Assembly: GCA_000182565.2 (NCBI GenBank)
Contig: KQ257463.1
Strand: one strand, 5' to 3'
DNA length: 64,000 nt
DNA from: Spizellomyces punctatus DAOM BR117
Taxonomy: Eukaryota
The translations under genes were made by a program, and so were the position numbers. Below the pieces are notes generated by a model. That model had not been told where the DNA came from. It saw only the letters and a list, made by a program, of their open reading frames with translations, and made no database searches. Within the stretch, counting starts at the first letter, position 1, and every line of letters begins with the position of its first letter. Shown one piece after another: positions 1-12,517 of the stretch.

Positions 1-642
1 TGTTAGCAATTTGCTAATGGATGACGTATTTTGAATTGTCTGGATATCTGCGACCGTACTCCTTCGCACTCCAAAATTAAATGATTTCTCAGGAAGATCT
101 CGCCCAAGTTGCACTTCAAGCCCCTTTGCCATCTCACTGATACGCGCCGCACTTGCTGGTCCGGCGCCAATTCCTCCATTGTTCATCGGGCTTAATCTTT
201 CCACTTTGGGAGAGATATTTGCCTCACTAGCATGTGTGTCATCAAATGGATCGAAAACAGGTGATGCCTTTGGAGGGCTTGACGCTCCCGAGTCACTAGA
301 TATAGTTGACATGAACGTACTTGAAAGATTTGGCTGCGAAGAGTTATGATACCATGGTTCAACCTGGGCATGCATTGTCTGCGGCGTAGTTGCCTGGCCT
401 AGAGAGACACCCGCATGCGTTCCGCGCCCTCCCAACGCCGACATGGACACTTCTCGTGCAGCCCCAGCTAAAAAGGGATTTGTCGCCGAAAGTGACAGTG
501 AACCGATATCGAATCGATCCCGGGCTGAAGGCGGTGGAGAAGGGGTATTCATTTTTTGACCAAGCTCCGTTGTAGTGCTCCTTTGTTCTGTTGAAAAGGA
601 CGATGTGTCTGGTCGTCGCCAGCTGTGTTCAGGGGAGGTCAT
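1..642 (-). CDS. Partial ORF (runs off left edge), Ser/Pro-rich N-terminus of an unknown protein
   Basis: Manual translation from ATG at 642 (MTSPEHSWRRPDTSSFSTEQ...SSISKLLT) is open for 214 codons to position 1. No recognisable domain. Confidence 0.6.
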   Translation of the reverse strand, partial: MTSPEHSWRRPDTSSFSTEQRSTTTELGQKMNTPSPPPSARDRFDIGSLSLSATNPFLAGAAREVSMSALGGRGTHAGVSLGQATTPQTMHAQVEPWYHNSSQPNLSSTFMSTISSDSGASSPPKASPVFDPFDDTHASEANISPKVERLSPMNNGGIGAGPASAARISEMAKGLEVQLGRDLPEKSFNFGVRRSTVADIQTIQNTSSISKLLT

Positions 643-1146
643 TGAGGTAGATGGTACTGGAGAGGAATAAATGAAACCAGCAGCAAAGCAGGTATTCGAA
701 GCCGAGGACAGAGGGAACTATCGAAAGGGATACCTTGTGTATACAGTTCCGAGGGTATGCGTCTCTAAGAACTGATGAATAGGTTTTCAAGCGGGGATCT
801 CGTGCATGACGGCGTTGGGCAGTGTAAACTGCTGCGACTCCGACCTGCGTGCGGCATCTGGTCCCGATCACGTGCAAGCGCATGTCAAAGCCCACAATGC
901 AAGATAAACAAAGGGCATGAAAAATCCTGGGGACTGTCGACCCGTCTATTTACAATGTGTTCCAACTTTCGTGTGGGGTTTTTGGGGTTGGGATGTTAAA
1001 AAGAGGAACTGCAAAAAGAGACGAATGAACAGCAGGAAGTGGTGGCATTAGTGCCGCCTTACAGCTCTTGGACGTTCATCTTTTGATTTTGGCTTCACCC
1101 TGAATTCCATCGGATTGTATTTACGTTGTATAGAGCGCCAGTCAGC

Positions 1147-1678
1147 TCATGACAGCATAAGCCGCATCTCCTCTGGTGAAAATAGGCTCTTCATCTTTTC
1201 TGGAGCAGTCAGGTCCTCCTCCAGCCGCATATGGGGGAAGACCAAATCCCGCAGCTCCTTTAAAAGCTTTGTAAACCCCTCAACATCAAAAGTCTCTTCT
1301 TCCTGACACCTTTCTCCTTTCCTTTTTTCCTCTTCGCAAGTCTGCTCAATCTTCTCCATAATTTTTTCGAGTTGCTTATGGTCTTTGGCAAAGCCGCTTA
1401 CGTCCATCTTCCGTGCCAGGAAGGGAAAAATGCGGCGGTCTTCTATTGTGTGATGCGTATGTAGATAGGAGAGATACTGAGCCGTGGAGCGAAGCAGAGG
1501 TTTTGGAGATTTCCGTTTCAGAGATTCAGCTTCCTGTAAGATGGTTGGGTTGAGTTAACAAGAGTAATCAGCCATTTGGTGATATCTATCAACGTGCTTG
1601 AATAAGTCGGCATAGGTCTCTTCTAAAATGGTCGTGGAATGATTTCAAGGTGGCGGACCAATTGGTATAGGGATCCAT
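1147..1678 (-). CDS. Hemerythrin/HHE cation-binding domain protein (~155 aa, 2 exons)
   Basis: Exon 1 1678-1598 (MDPYTNWSATLKSFHDHFRRDLCRLIQ), GC-AG intron 1597-1534, exon 2 1533-1147 with LHTHHTIEDRRIFPFL, DH and HMRLEE. This matches the H...HxxxE...H...HxxxE pattern. Confidence 0.8.
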
Positions 1679-1923
1679 TGCGTCGTGTGTCCTGGTGATT
1701 CGCGTTGGAAATGTGTTCAGCAATTTGTGGGAATTGGCCTACACGTTATGGCTTTGGTTGTTTTCAAATAGCGCGCAACCAGCGTTGTTGGTCCTTCTGT
1801 GACCCTCAAAACAAATTGGGTTCCGATCACACCACCATGAAATAGTCCGAATCCTACCCAGAAAGCACATAAGGGGAACCATCTAAAACCGTTTCTTTAA
1901 TGAAATGAAGTCTGCCACTCCAT

Positions 1924-4143
1924 ATGAGCTCCAGGATCGCTCCAACGAGGACGAACGGTCTTGCAGCTCCATCCGATGAGGATGATGCGACCAGAATTGG
2001 TTGCTGCGCATGGTTGGGGTGTGCATTTTGGAAGCGGAGAACGGGCCATGGAACTCCTGAGCTTGCGGTTCCCCAAATATCTGTGGATAAAAGAGAGGAA
2101 GATGAAACTACATCCCCACAAGTTGCGGAAGAATCTTCAGATCTCATCCCTGAGGCGAAACTTGATCCTGCTGGCCGCGTTCGTAACGTTCGTCAAACTC
2201 ATGCGCCAGCCCTTCCAAATGATTGGAAGCAGATCTTTCGGAGGTCGGAAAGTCAAGAGCTGAGTTCAAATACTGAAGCAAAGAAACGGAAAAGGACAAA
2301 TGTTGTAAAACCTGTTGACGACGGGATCGCAGTGAAACCTGTTGCGAAACGAGATCCTCTTCCTCCAATCCGCACTGCACCTCGGCCGCCCGGACAACTG
2401 GATGAAATTTCAACGACCTCAGTAAAACCCATTGAACAGCTTTCTCCTCCCCAAGACTTGACACACAACGCCTCGCATAGTAACCTGAAAGGTACGTACC
2501 GGAAAATGACCTCTTCTGTTGACCTGTATCTTATAATATTCTCTTTAGGGTTCTCTTCGGGGACCAGTCTACGTGGCAGCTGGAACCATCTCGCCCGGAC
2601 CTTGCGTCATGCATTCAGTTACAGCCGAGAGAACATAATCACAGAACCTCTGCGAATTTTCGTTGGAACTTGGAATATGAACGCCCGGGTGAGTACTCTG
2701 CCGTGCATCCTTCTGCCACAAGGTTGTTAACCCGCTCCCCAGCTACCGACAGGCAATATAAGCTCCTTTTTGGGTGACCGTCGCACCAATACCCGGCCAC
2801 CTTTCAAGAACTGTCAGTTGCTCATCATCGGCACCCAGGAATGCGAAGAACGCCTCGAAACGGCAGGAATTCGTCAGCCTAAAGAGAAATCCCGGTGGCT
2901 CGAGCTGTTGAAAGAAGTGATTGGACCCCGCTATGTCCTTGTAGGAACTAAAACGCTAGTTGGGTTACATCTGGCAATATTTGTCGTGCGATGGACTGCA
3001 AAAAATGTTCAAGGTGCGGGTCTGTTGTACGAGGAAAGTTTAATTGTCCACATTGTTTGTTGAACGTTTGATTGTTGAACAGATGTCATGTCAGGAGACG
3101 TCAAAGTGTATCTCAATGGTGCAAAAGGAGCAGTGGGGATCTCATTCCAGTTCTGCGGACGCTCATTCTGCTTTATAAATGCGCACCTTAAAGGTCAGTT
3201 GCCGCAAACAATCACCCTTGATCTTGTATGCTTAATGGGTTCCTCGGAATGAAGCACATGAAGGAGCTGTGGAACGTCGTAACGCTGACTGGAAAAAAAT
3301 AAACGAAACAATGCCATTACCTGGATACGGGCCCGAAGATGGGGGTAAGTAATTGAAGAAAGGGACCTTGATCTGATGCATCTTTAAAAAACGACGCCGA
3401 CATTCCCTTGTGTCGTTATTAGGCTGTACTGGTGTGGTGGAGCGATTTGATTATGTCTTTTGGATGGGAGATTTGAACTATAGGACAAACTTGGGTGTCA
3501 ATAAAGTGGGACTCGCAAAAGCCCTGCTTGGGAAAGAAGAGCCGGAGATTGGGGTTAGTTTCAGCGCTCTGACCTTGTTATGTACGTGCCTGCCTTCAGG
3601 ATGCTAATGACGCATATATAGATCTTCCTGGCAAACGATGAGCTTCGCCGCGCCTATGAAGCCAGCCTCATATTTCCAGGATTCTCCGAGGGAAACATCA
3701 AATTCAAACCGACCTTCAAGTTTGACACGCTACCTGGTTCTCCGACATCTCCCACATCTCCACCATCAACCCCTTCCAGTCTCTCCTTCATGCCCGGTTA
3801 TGATTCATCATCCAAGCAACGTATGCCGAGCTACACTGATCGGATACTGTTTCGGACAAGACTGCAGTCAACATCAGGGACCACGAAAAGTACCGCGGGC
3901 TTAAACGCAATCACGGCACTAGGAGCAGGACTCAATCAACGGGTTCATGTGGAAGTGTATACCGATTGCCCAGACGTCATTGACAGTGATCATAAGCCTG
4001 TCTATGGGATATACAGACTGGACGAGGAACTGCAAATAGATCTAAATGAAGAGACTGAAGAACGATTGCATGCGCATATTCCACAACCATCGAGGTGGCG
4101 GCGATGGTTACCGGGCAAGAAACAGCAGATTTCTCCAGAATAG
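1924..4143 (+). CDS. Inositol polyphosphate 5-phosphatase, INPP5E-like (multi-exon)
   Basis: Motifs IFVGTWNMN, IIGTQE, KGAV, FINAHL, RFDYVFWMGDLNYR, FKPTFKF, YDSSSKQRMPSYTDRIL and SDHKPV across exons. Confidence 0.92.
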
Positions 4144-4457
4144 AATACTTTGTACTTAATCTGTGTATTTAGTGGAAATCATAATCGGGAACTGCTACTC
4201 GTCGCATTTCGTGCTATTTTCACATTGCTCAATGTTATCAGGCAATCACCGCCATCTCGAGGCGGCAGGCCGCTTTGTCAACCGGCCGTCCACAGCTGCC
4301 TATGGTGACTTGTCGTATTAGCGGAAGTTGAAATCTTGGAGGATTCGGACTAACATTTCGGACTTTCCATCTGTCCATTTTTGGGTTAATGAGACAGGCT
4401 CATTGACATTTCACATCGGCAACGGAACGCTGCACCTCTGCAGGCATCACGCCAACC

Positions 4458-7400
4458 ATGGTCGCGGATAACGGGCCAAGGCGTGCCAGTGCACAGAAGC
4501 GAAGTGTAACAAATGGAGAAACCTCGTCCAAACCCTCGACACCGTCTTCTACTTTGCACAAGTTCTTTCAACGAAAGGGAGCGGATTCTTCCTCGCCAAC
4601 TCCTGAGCGAACAGGTAAAAGAACGACGTTGATAAATGTCTCCTCTGGGTGAATGATCGAATGCTCACCGCTGTATTCGTATTCCTTCTCAGTTGTCGAA
4701 GGTACACTTCATGTCGCATCCGAGAGTAGTACCCAAGAAAGCGGTCTGGACCAAGACAGGGCAAGCGAGGCGAAGACTGCAAAGAAGCGCAAAGAACCCA
4801 ACGAATTAAACGAAATCCCGAGGCCGTCCGGCACCGTTCGTGAAGCAGTCTCTCCAACGCAGATTGATCAGGAAACATCCACCATATTAGCAACAGAACA
4901 TTCGTCACGTAAAAAGCAGAAACTCCAGCATGAACATGGGAAAGAAGGAGATACAGCACCGTTTCCGGTCGATATCAGCAAGGGGAAAGTCGTATTTTTA
5001 GAAAAGAAGATGAATTTCTCAAGGCATCCGTCGACTGTGTCCGAGCTGGCTGCCTTTTTCGAATTTAAGCAGGAACAGAGTTCAGCTGCATTGGACGAAA
5101 TACCATCGCAATTCCGAGGCCTCTTGGCGAAATTAATAGAGGAAAGTCCCCTCGAGCTGCAGATGTTGGCTGAAAGCGTTAGGGAAGCGCTCTGTCCCCC
5201 TTCCTTTGATGACCAGGAGGAAGATGAAGATTTTATTCGGTCCGAGTCGATCCAAGCTGGGATCCAAGCGATCGCAGAACGGCAAAATTATGGCATACAA
5301 TGGAGAGGCTCCACTTGCCCGAAATTGGCAGTCTGGCGATGGGAAGTGCAAGATCTATCCTTATTCACCAGTGAAATGGCGGATCACATTCGTCAAAGAC
5401 GGGCAAAACGACGCCAGGCAGCTAGGATTTTGCACGACATTTTCGAAAAACTTTCTGTGGAAGAACAAACGAAATTGCTACCCGGCGACTGTAGTCCGCG
5501 TAATGACCAGAAGAGGGTGGAGGCAGAAGCCAGAAATGCTGCCAGATTAGCTGAAAAAGACGCGAAATTGAAGTTGAAGGAACAGAGAGCTGCTGAAAAG
5601 GCTGCGGAAAAAGCTGAGAGAGAAAGGAAAGCGGCAGAAAAAGCGGCGGAAAAGGTCGAGAAGGAACGAATAGCGGCGGAGAAAAAGGCTGAGAAGGAGA
5701 GGAAAGTCGCAGAGAAAAAGGCGGAGAAGGAGAAATTGGAGGCAGAAAAGCAGGCAGCCCGAGAAGCGGAGGAGGCAGCAAAGGCCAAACAGTTGAGTAT
5801 CGCAGGGTTTTTCTCGCGCCGAAAGAAAGACGAGACGAAAGAAGAATTACCGGTGCCAGTTAAATCAGAAACGCAGACCTTCTGGGAACATTTCCCGCCG
5901 TTCCATAAAAAGGAGCGAGTCTTCCATGCTCCTTATAATAGGTTCTGGAGAGAATTGCCACCAGACATTGTTGACACCCTGTTCAAGGATGAGGAAGTCT
6001 CATTACCATGCTTTCCTCGCATCATCAATGGAACGGCTCAGCAATCTGAGGGAAAACCTACGGATGCTATGGATATAGATAAAGATGATACTCTGAGCAC
6101 ACTTGGAAAGGTGAAGTGGAAGTTACTGCAATTTCACGAGAACTTTCGGCCAGCGTACTGGGGAACATGGTCAAAGAAAAGCACTCGGGTTACGGGGAGA
6201 AGACCTTTTGCCAAAGACATCGACCTGCTGGAGTATGATTATGACAGCGAAGCAGAGTGGGAGGAGGAAGAACCTGGGGAAGAGCTGCGGAGTGATGATG
6301 AGGATGAGGAGGACGGGTCAGAGGTGGGCGATGCCGATGAGGACGAGGTATTTTTCGTGCAGTCTACACACACGGATAAACTCTTTATAAACGGACGTGA
6401 TCTTAGGATAATTGGTTGGTTCCACATGGCTACTTGTCAGATGATGAAGGGGTGGAGAAGGATGCGGAAGATGAAGTGGAGGCCATCAAGCGTGAGTGGA
6501 GACTTTCAACATCAAATCAAACACCTTCCACATACGTAATTTGCTATTGAACACTGCTAGGCGCTCAACAAATTGTCCCAACATCCAAACGAGCAAAGGA
6601 GCGACCAAAATGGGGCGTGCTGGCAGCCTTGGTTCCCGATATAAAAGGACCTCATTTGGTTAATGCGTACGAGGTGGACGATACGACACACCCGTTGAGT
6701 CAGTATCGTGCGCAATCTCTCCTGGGTAAGGGTCCTTCATTTGATAACAAAATACGTTGATCAAGCCGTGGTAACCCGCACCCGGTCAGATATCTGCGTG
6801 AACATTGACCCGTTCGAAAGTGGTGCAATGAAAGAGGACCCACAGACTGTACTTGATAATGGTACAGTAAAAGATACGACGGTGAGGAAAACTCCCGGAA
6901 GCAAGAAGGCAGCTTTCCCAGAGGAACGCATTTCGGAATTGATTCAGGTAATGGCATTCCTTGATATACACTTTATGCTTTGCCTTTGTTGATAAGCAAT
7001 CTCAACTGCAGATGATCTCCGGGCGGACCGAAGGAATATCTAAATTGGTGGATGAAATCAAGAGCAGGTATGTTACTATTGTTGCCCCACGTCAATAGTC
7101 TATTCTTGCCAGTAAATAATAGAAACTTGGATACTGTAGATGCCCCGAAGTCTCCAAAGCGCAAATTGAAGCAAAGATAAGAGAAGTGGCAGTGAGGGAA
7201 AAGCAAGGAAATGATCAGGTAGGTATAGTACTGGAATGTTTGGAAACACTTTCGGTTGCAGGTTAACTGTCATGCCACGGTTGCAGAAACCGCGCTGGCA
7301 TATTCGGGATGGCACTCGTTCTGTGGTAAGATCGGCGGTGGCAGTGATTTGCATACCGGTCATGTCTGACTATTGGTTATAGGCATCCCTACCCGGGACG

Positions 7401-9063
7401 GCATCAAGAGTTGCACCTTCAAGTCCCGGCTCTATTCTTGGCTATCTGAGTCCCAAAGCTTCAAGACCTGAGACACCGATTGGCACCCCGTCGCGACGTG
7501 CAGCGGCTGAGAATCTTCAAGAGTCGCCATTGAAACGGCTTTTAAGCACGCCGGTCAGAAAGATCATGAAAGCTGATGATCGGGTGTCTGTCGTTATCCC
7601 CTCTCCCGACATTGTCTCTTGCAAACCGGAGGAGTTTGCCACAATCGTAACGACATTGGAAACCTCTGCCACAACTACGCCGGACACATGCGTGAACCTT
7701 CTTACAACCTCCAAAGCGATAACATATCGCGTTTATGACATGCCTGTAGAGTTGGTTTCAACACTATTGCAAGTAGCCGGCAATAGTGAGACCACTGGTT
7801 CCCTTCGAAGTAAATGCCTGCGAGTATTAGGAAATTACGTGTCTGTTCTGGAACAGCATTTGCGAAAGGATGGCAGTGTGTCACAAATGTGCGTTTTGCA
7901 AAGAATCACCGTTATTATGGCGATTGCGCCTAATACGTCCCCTTACTCAGGGAAGAGAATAGAAAACGATGGAAGTCTGTCCTGGACCAGCCAGAGATTT
8001 TTAACTGCATGGATAGAAATTTGGTGGTGTCTGAAGAGAACGGTAAGTGCCTCGGGAAGGAATTCCAAGTCGGTTTTGAGAGTACCAATAAATGCTCTGT
8101 TTTGACTATCGTATATTTGGGAAACGGTGAGCGCAGGTGCTACTTCCCTTGTGGTGAAAAACGCAGTAGGTTGATGCTTGACGTAAGTTCGTGACGTTGG
8201 GTGAGACTGACCGTTTATCTTTACCTAGTTACGGTTACTTGTGTTTCTAGTCCAGTCAACCGATCCTATGATTCGGCCACTTGTCGACGGTGCGTTTCTT
8301 CTTTCCTGACGTTCCTGTATCGTCCGCGGTTGACTCAAGCTACGTGATTAGATCTCCGTAGGCAGATTGCACAGCGATGGATGAGCCAGTTGGTCAACAT
8401 GCTGGAGGATAGCCCTGTAGAAGTTGTGGGGTACTGTGTGGCACTGGTACTCAATCGACGATTTCCCTTTTACTTGTCAAAACCCGCTATTGTTAACGTC
8501 GTCGTTTTTAGATCGATTCGGCGGTCGATATATATGAGGGTTTTAACGGTTCGAAACAGTGGGAGCTGATAGAGCGACTTTTGCCATACTTCAGAAAGTT
8601 AGAGGTGTGACACAACCAGGTTGTTACAAGTGTTTTCATAATGTTAACATGTCTTTCTCAGCTATACCGAGGCCCAGATGGTGTACTCCGGGATAAGTAT
8701 ATGGGAGTAAAGAAATATGCTCTCAGAATACTAGTGGCATTCATGACTCGAGAGGAGTGGAAAGTAAGGCTTTACTTTGGTTGATGTCTTCAGCAAGCGG
8801 AGCTGTAAAATTCACTTGTTTTTCAGCTCGCGAATACCCCATACTCCCATAGTCAGGCGATCATCGATGCCCTAACAGATATGAAGGTCGCTAACGAGAA
8901 TCAAATCTTATTCCGAGCAGTGGATGAGTGTCTGACGTTGGTTGGTGCCACGGTGAGGTGCTATGGAACGTCTTCTTTTCTTGTGAGTGGTCTAACCCCC
9001 AATTTGCATCGCACTGCTTAGGAATCGCATAGTCTTCCGATGGAAATAGATGGCGAGGAATAG
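4458..9063 (+). CDS. CAC1: Chromatin assembly factor 1 large subunit (p150/Cac1/Rlf2) with extended C-terminus
   Basis: KER helix, PIP box QLSIAGFF, KLLQFHENFRPAYWGTW, YDYDSEAEWEEEEPGEEL acidic domain and WHD-like KRQIEAKIREVA...WHI. The 3' exons to the stop at 9063 are inferred from splice sites. Confidence 0.88.
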
Positions 9064-9430
9064 GAATAGAATAGCATAACTGTGGGCTTACTTCTGTTGC
9101 GAGAAGGATGATGTACATTGTATTATAGATTTCGTTGTTTCATTTATGGATTCTGCGACCGATTCTAGGTGTTTGTAAGAGCGTTATCGTATGATCACAA
9201 ACCATAACTGCGACGCCGATGTAAATGGCAGATCATTATGGGGCTGCACATAGTTTGGACAATAGACAACTGCATTTTATTTGCCAAATGGTCCATCTAT
9301 TTTACCTTTGTGCAGGCTTCTAGCTTACACTAAATACTACAATAAAACATATATAGAACAATGTTCTAACTGACCTGAACACAACTACTCTGTCCGGGCA
9401 TATATTTTCCTTTATTCGTTCCACCATCAC

Positions 9431-11214
9431 CTACAGCTTCGCCTTGCCAGCGGCAGCCTCCCGCTTCATAGCCTCCTTGTCCATATCCCTCAAGACTCGT
9501 CGCAAAATCTTTCCACTAGCCGCTTTAGGAATCTCGTCCACAAAGGCAACCCCTCCCCTCAATCGCTTGTGTTGAGCAACTTTTCCTTCAATGAACTTTT
9601 GAACCTCTTGCTCGGTTGCCTTCGCTCCTGGTTTGAGAACCACATAGGCACGGGGGAGCTCCCCGGCGCTTTCATCGGGACGGGAGATGACGGCTGCGTC
9701 TGCAATGGCCGGATGGGTTAGTAGGTAACCTTCCAGTTCGGCTGGAGGGACCTGGAACCCTTTGTATTTGATAAGCTCTTTGAGCCGGTCAACAATGAAG
9801 AAGAAGCCATTCTTATCGGCATACGCAATGTCACCTGAAACAAAGGATGACATTAATACTTAAGTCTAGGAACTGCATGGTAAAAGGTGCATACCAGTGT
9901 GAAGCCATCCTTCAGCATCAATGGTGTTTCTTGTCGCTTCGTCATTGTTGTGATATCCTTTCATGATATTTGGCCCACGGACCCAAAGTTCACCAGGCTG
10001 GTTGACGGCGCAATCCTCTCCAGTGTCAGGGTCAACAAGGCGGGCTTCCACATTTGGAACAAGAACACCGATAGCGCCATCGGGAGTTTTCCCTTCAACG
10101 CCGACATGAGTGACAGGGCTCGATTCTGTCATGCCATATCCTTGAAGAACCGAGCATTTGAGACGAGCAGAAGCTGCCCTCGAGACATCACCGCTAAGAG
10201 GTGCTGCACCGGAGAGTATCATCCGCAGGGACGAAAGATCGTATTTGTCCACGATGGGATGCTTTGCCAAACCGAGAATGATTGGGGGAACTATGTGGGT
10301 GTACGTTACACGGTACTTTTGAAGTGCCTCGAGGTAGGCCACCAAGTCGAACTTTTGGAAGACGACCAATGAGATTCCGGCATAGAAGCAGGTGTGGAGG
10401 GACAAGTTTAAACCATAAATATGATAAAAGGGGAGGACACCCGTCCAGACATCATTGGGACGGTATTGATTGCTGTGCACGTAATATGCGTCGAGTTGCG
10501 CGACATTGGCCACCATGTTGTAGTGAGTAGTTTCTACACCTTTACTCCTTCCCGTCGTTCCACTCGAATAGCAGAGGTAGGCGGGTTTGTTCAACAATTC
10601 CTCCTTGGTGAACTGGATCGGGGCAAGGTACTCGCATGAGAAGATATCGTAGATGGTCTTTTTGCCTTGCACCTGTTCACGACCGAAAATAAATATCTTG
10701 TCGGCGGCAATACCAGCTTTTGCGGCGGCAGCGGTAGCAACAGGAAGCAATGGTGCACACGTAATTAGGATTTTGGCTCCCGCATCCGTCAATTGGTCTG
10801 GAAAATGCAATGTTTAGGGCATGACAGATAAAACAACGGAACGTAATATGCACTGCATTGCAATAACATACATGCCAGCTCGTCGGCAGTATAAGTAGGG
10901 TTGGCCAGTGTGACCGTACAACCAGCCTTCAAGGCTCCAAAGACGACGGTCGGGTAGTCGACCTGGTTGGGTGAAAAGACACCTACGACCTCCCACTTGT
11001 TGAGTCCCAATTTGTAACGGACACCGGCCGCAAATCGGTGTATTCTATGCACGAGCTCTCCATATGTTACACGTTGGTCGGTTGCAGCGTCGATAAGGGC
11101 GATTTGGTCCCGACGTGGCGGAAGCGTTGCAGGCAGTTTTGACTCAAAGATGAACGAGTAGGTGTCGGTAACAGGAATCGGAACATCAGGAATGCTGGAT
11201 TTGAACGGAGCCAT
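9431..11214 (-). CDS. 4-coumarate-CoA ligase-like / luciferase-like acyl-CoA synthetase, peroxisomal (3 exons)
   Basis: YSSGTTGRSKG, QGYGMTE, GWLHTGD, DRLKELIKYKGFQVPPAELE and PKAASGKILRR. The C-terminus is -AKL (PTS1). Confidence 0.95.
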
Positions 11215-11639
11215 GGTGGCAGAGGAAGATGCGAGGTCTCAGATGCGGGGAATGAGGGAGGAAGAGATGCAGGCCGATCCTTTTAAACTCCAAAAACAAA
11301 GGATGGGCCGGGTACAAGGAAAAACCCGTCGTCGGCTTTGGAGCGTTCGAACAGTCTTGACCTGCTGAGTTCGAGTTAATATGACTACGCCGCTGTCATT
11401 AGTCTAAATATGGACAAATGCAATAACACCGGCGCCAGTTGTCGGTGGTAACACTGCATCAGATATCATGGCTAAATGTGGTTTCACGACGATGGAACAA
11501 CATCGGCTTTTCTCGTTCCCCGATGTATTGAAAAGCTTCCAAATAATGTAGTCATCTTTGACCATCGCAGATGTGAGTACAGTAAGAAGCGTGAAATCTA
11601 AAGGACTACATCAATCCTGTAACATCCTGGTAACTACTA

Positions 11640-11912
11640 CTAGGCAATTATGCACGCAATACGTAACGGCTCTTCTAAACCGGATAATTTGCCCACCACC
11701 ACGAGAGAAATCCTACTCGCCCTTTGATTCCGAAATTCTTGGTCGGAGGATGTTTCAGATACTAGTAAAATCAGAATTAGACTGGGTAATACGCGCGTGG
11801 GAAAAATCATATTACCTGCGATCGTAGCAATATAGTAGTAGCAGCGTTTGCAAGGGGTTATGTTGTTGTTGTCGGGAGGGCGAGGTCCTCGGCACCAGAG
11901 TGGCATTCTCAT
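11640..11912 (-). CDS. Candidate small protein (72 aa spliced), function unknown
   Basis: TATATAAA ~90 nt upstream, C/T-rich leader, catcATG context, and a canonical in-frame 54-nt intron 11815-11762 (GTAATA...CTAAT...CTAG). Confidence 0.4.
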   Translation of the reverse strand: MRMPLWCRGPRPPDNNNITPCKRCYYYIATIAGNMIFPTRVLPSLILILLVSETSSDQEFRNQRASRISLVVVGKLSGLEEPLRIACIIA

Positions 11913-12517
11913 GATGGACTTGAGAGTTGCTTGAGCGTTGGGCAGATGCTTGCAAGTCGAGGGATAAAGAACAAGATGGGGGGAAGAGGACGAGGGGGGG
12001 TTTATATAGAAAAACTGAGTCGATATATTGAGTCATGCATGTATGCAGGTGGCAACTGCGAATATTCCTCTCATAGATGGCCGCAAAGGATAGTAATTGC
12101 ACTGCAGTTATTGGACCTGTTTTCATACTGGCCACACATATTGGACCCGTTGAGCATCTTTTGTGCATAGTTCATTTGCCGAAATCGAGGGAGGCATCTT
12201 GCATTTCATCTCATTCGATCCAATGGCCGCATCTATCTGCACGCTCCGTTGGCCGTTGAGGGTCGTTTTGGGTTCCCAAGTTGGACAGACGCAAGACGAA
12301 ACTGCCTCCCTAAAACGATGCATTTAATATTTTATAAACAATTGTAATCTGGCAGTGTTCGCCAGACGGCCCAAAAATTGATATCCATTGTACAGACCCA
12401 AGCACACTTTGCTAACAACAAGCAAGAATTATACACAAGCAAACGAAACGCTATCCTAGAGACCCTGTTGAACCTTCGCTCAACATGACCATTTATACAT
12501 ATCTCTCAATGCCACCC

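Noticed and set aside
5393-5788. Ala/Phe/Ser-rich minus-strand ORFs
   Set aside because: Antisense shadow of the CAF-1 KER helix.
9431-11214. Luciferase or secondary-metabolite cluster
   Set aside because: Ordinary peroxisomal 4CL-like ligase, with no PKS, NRPS or tailoring genes nearby.
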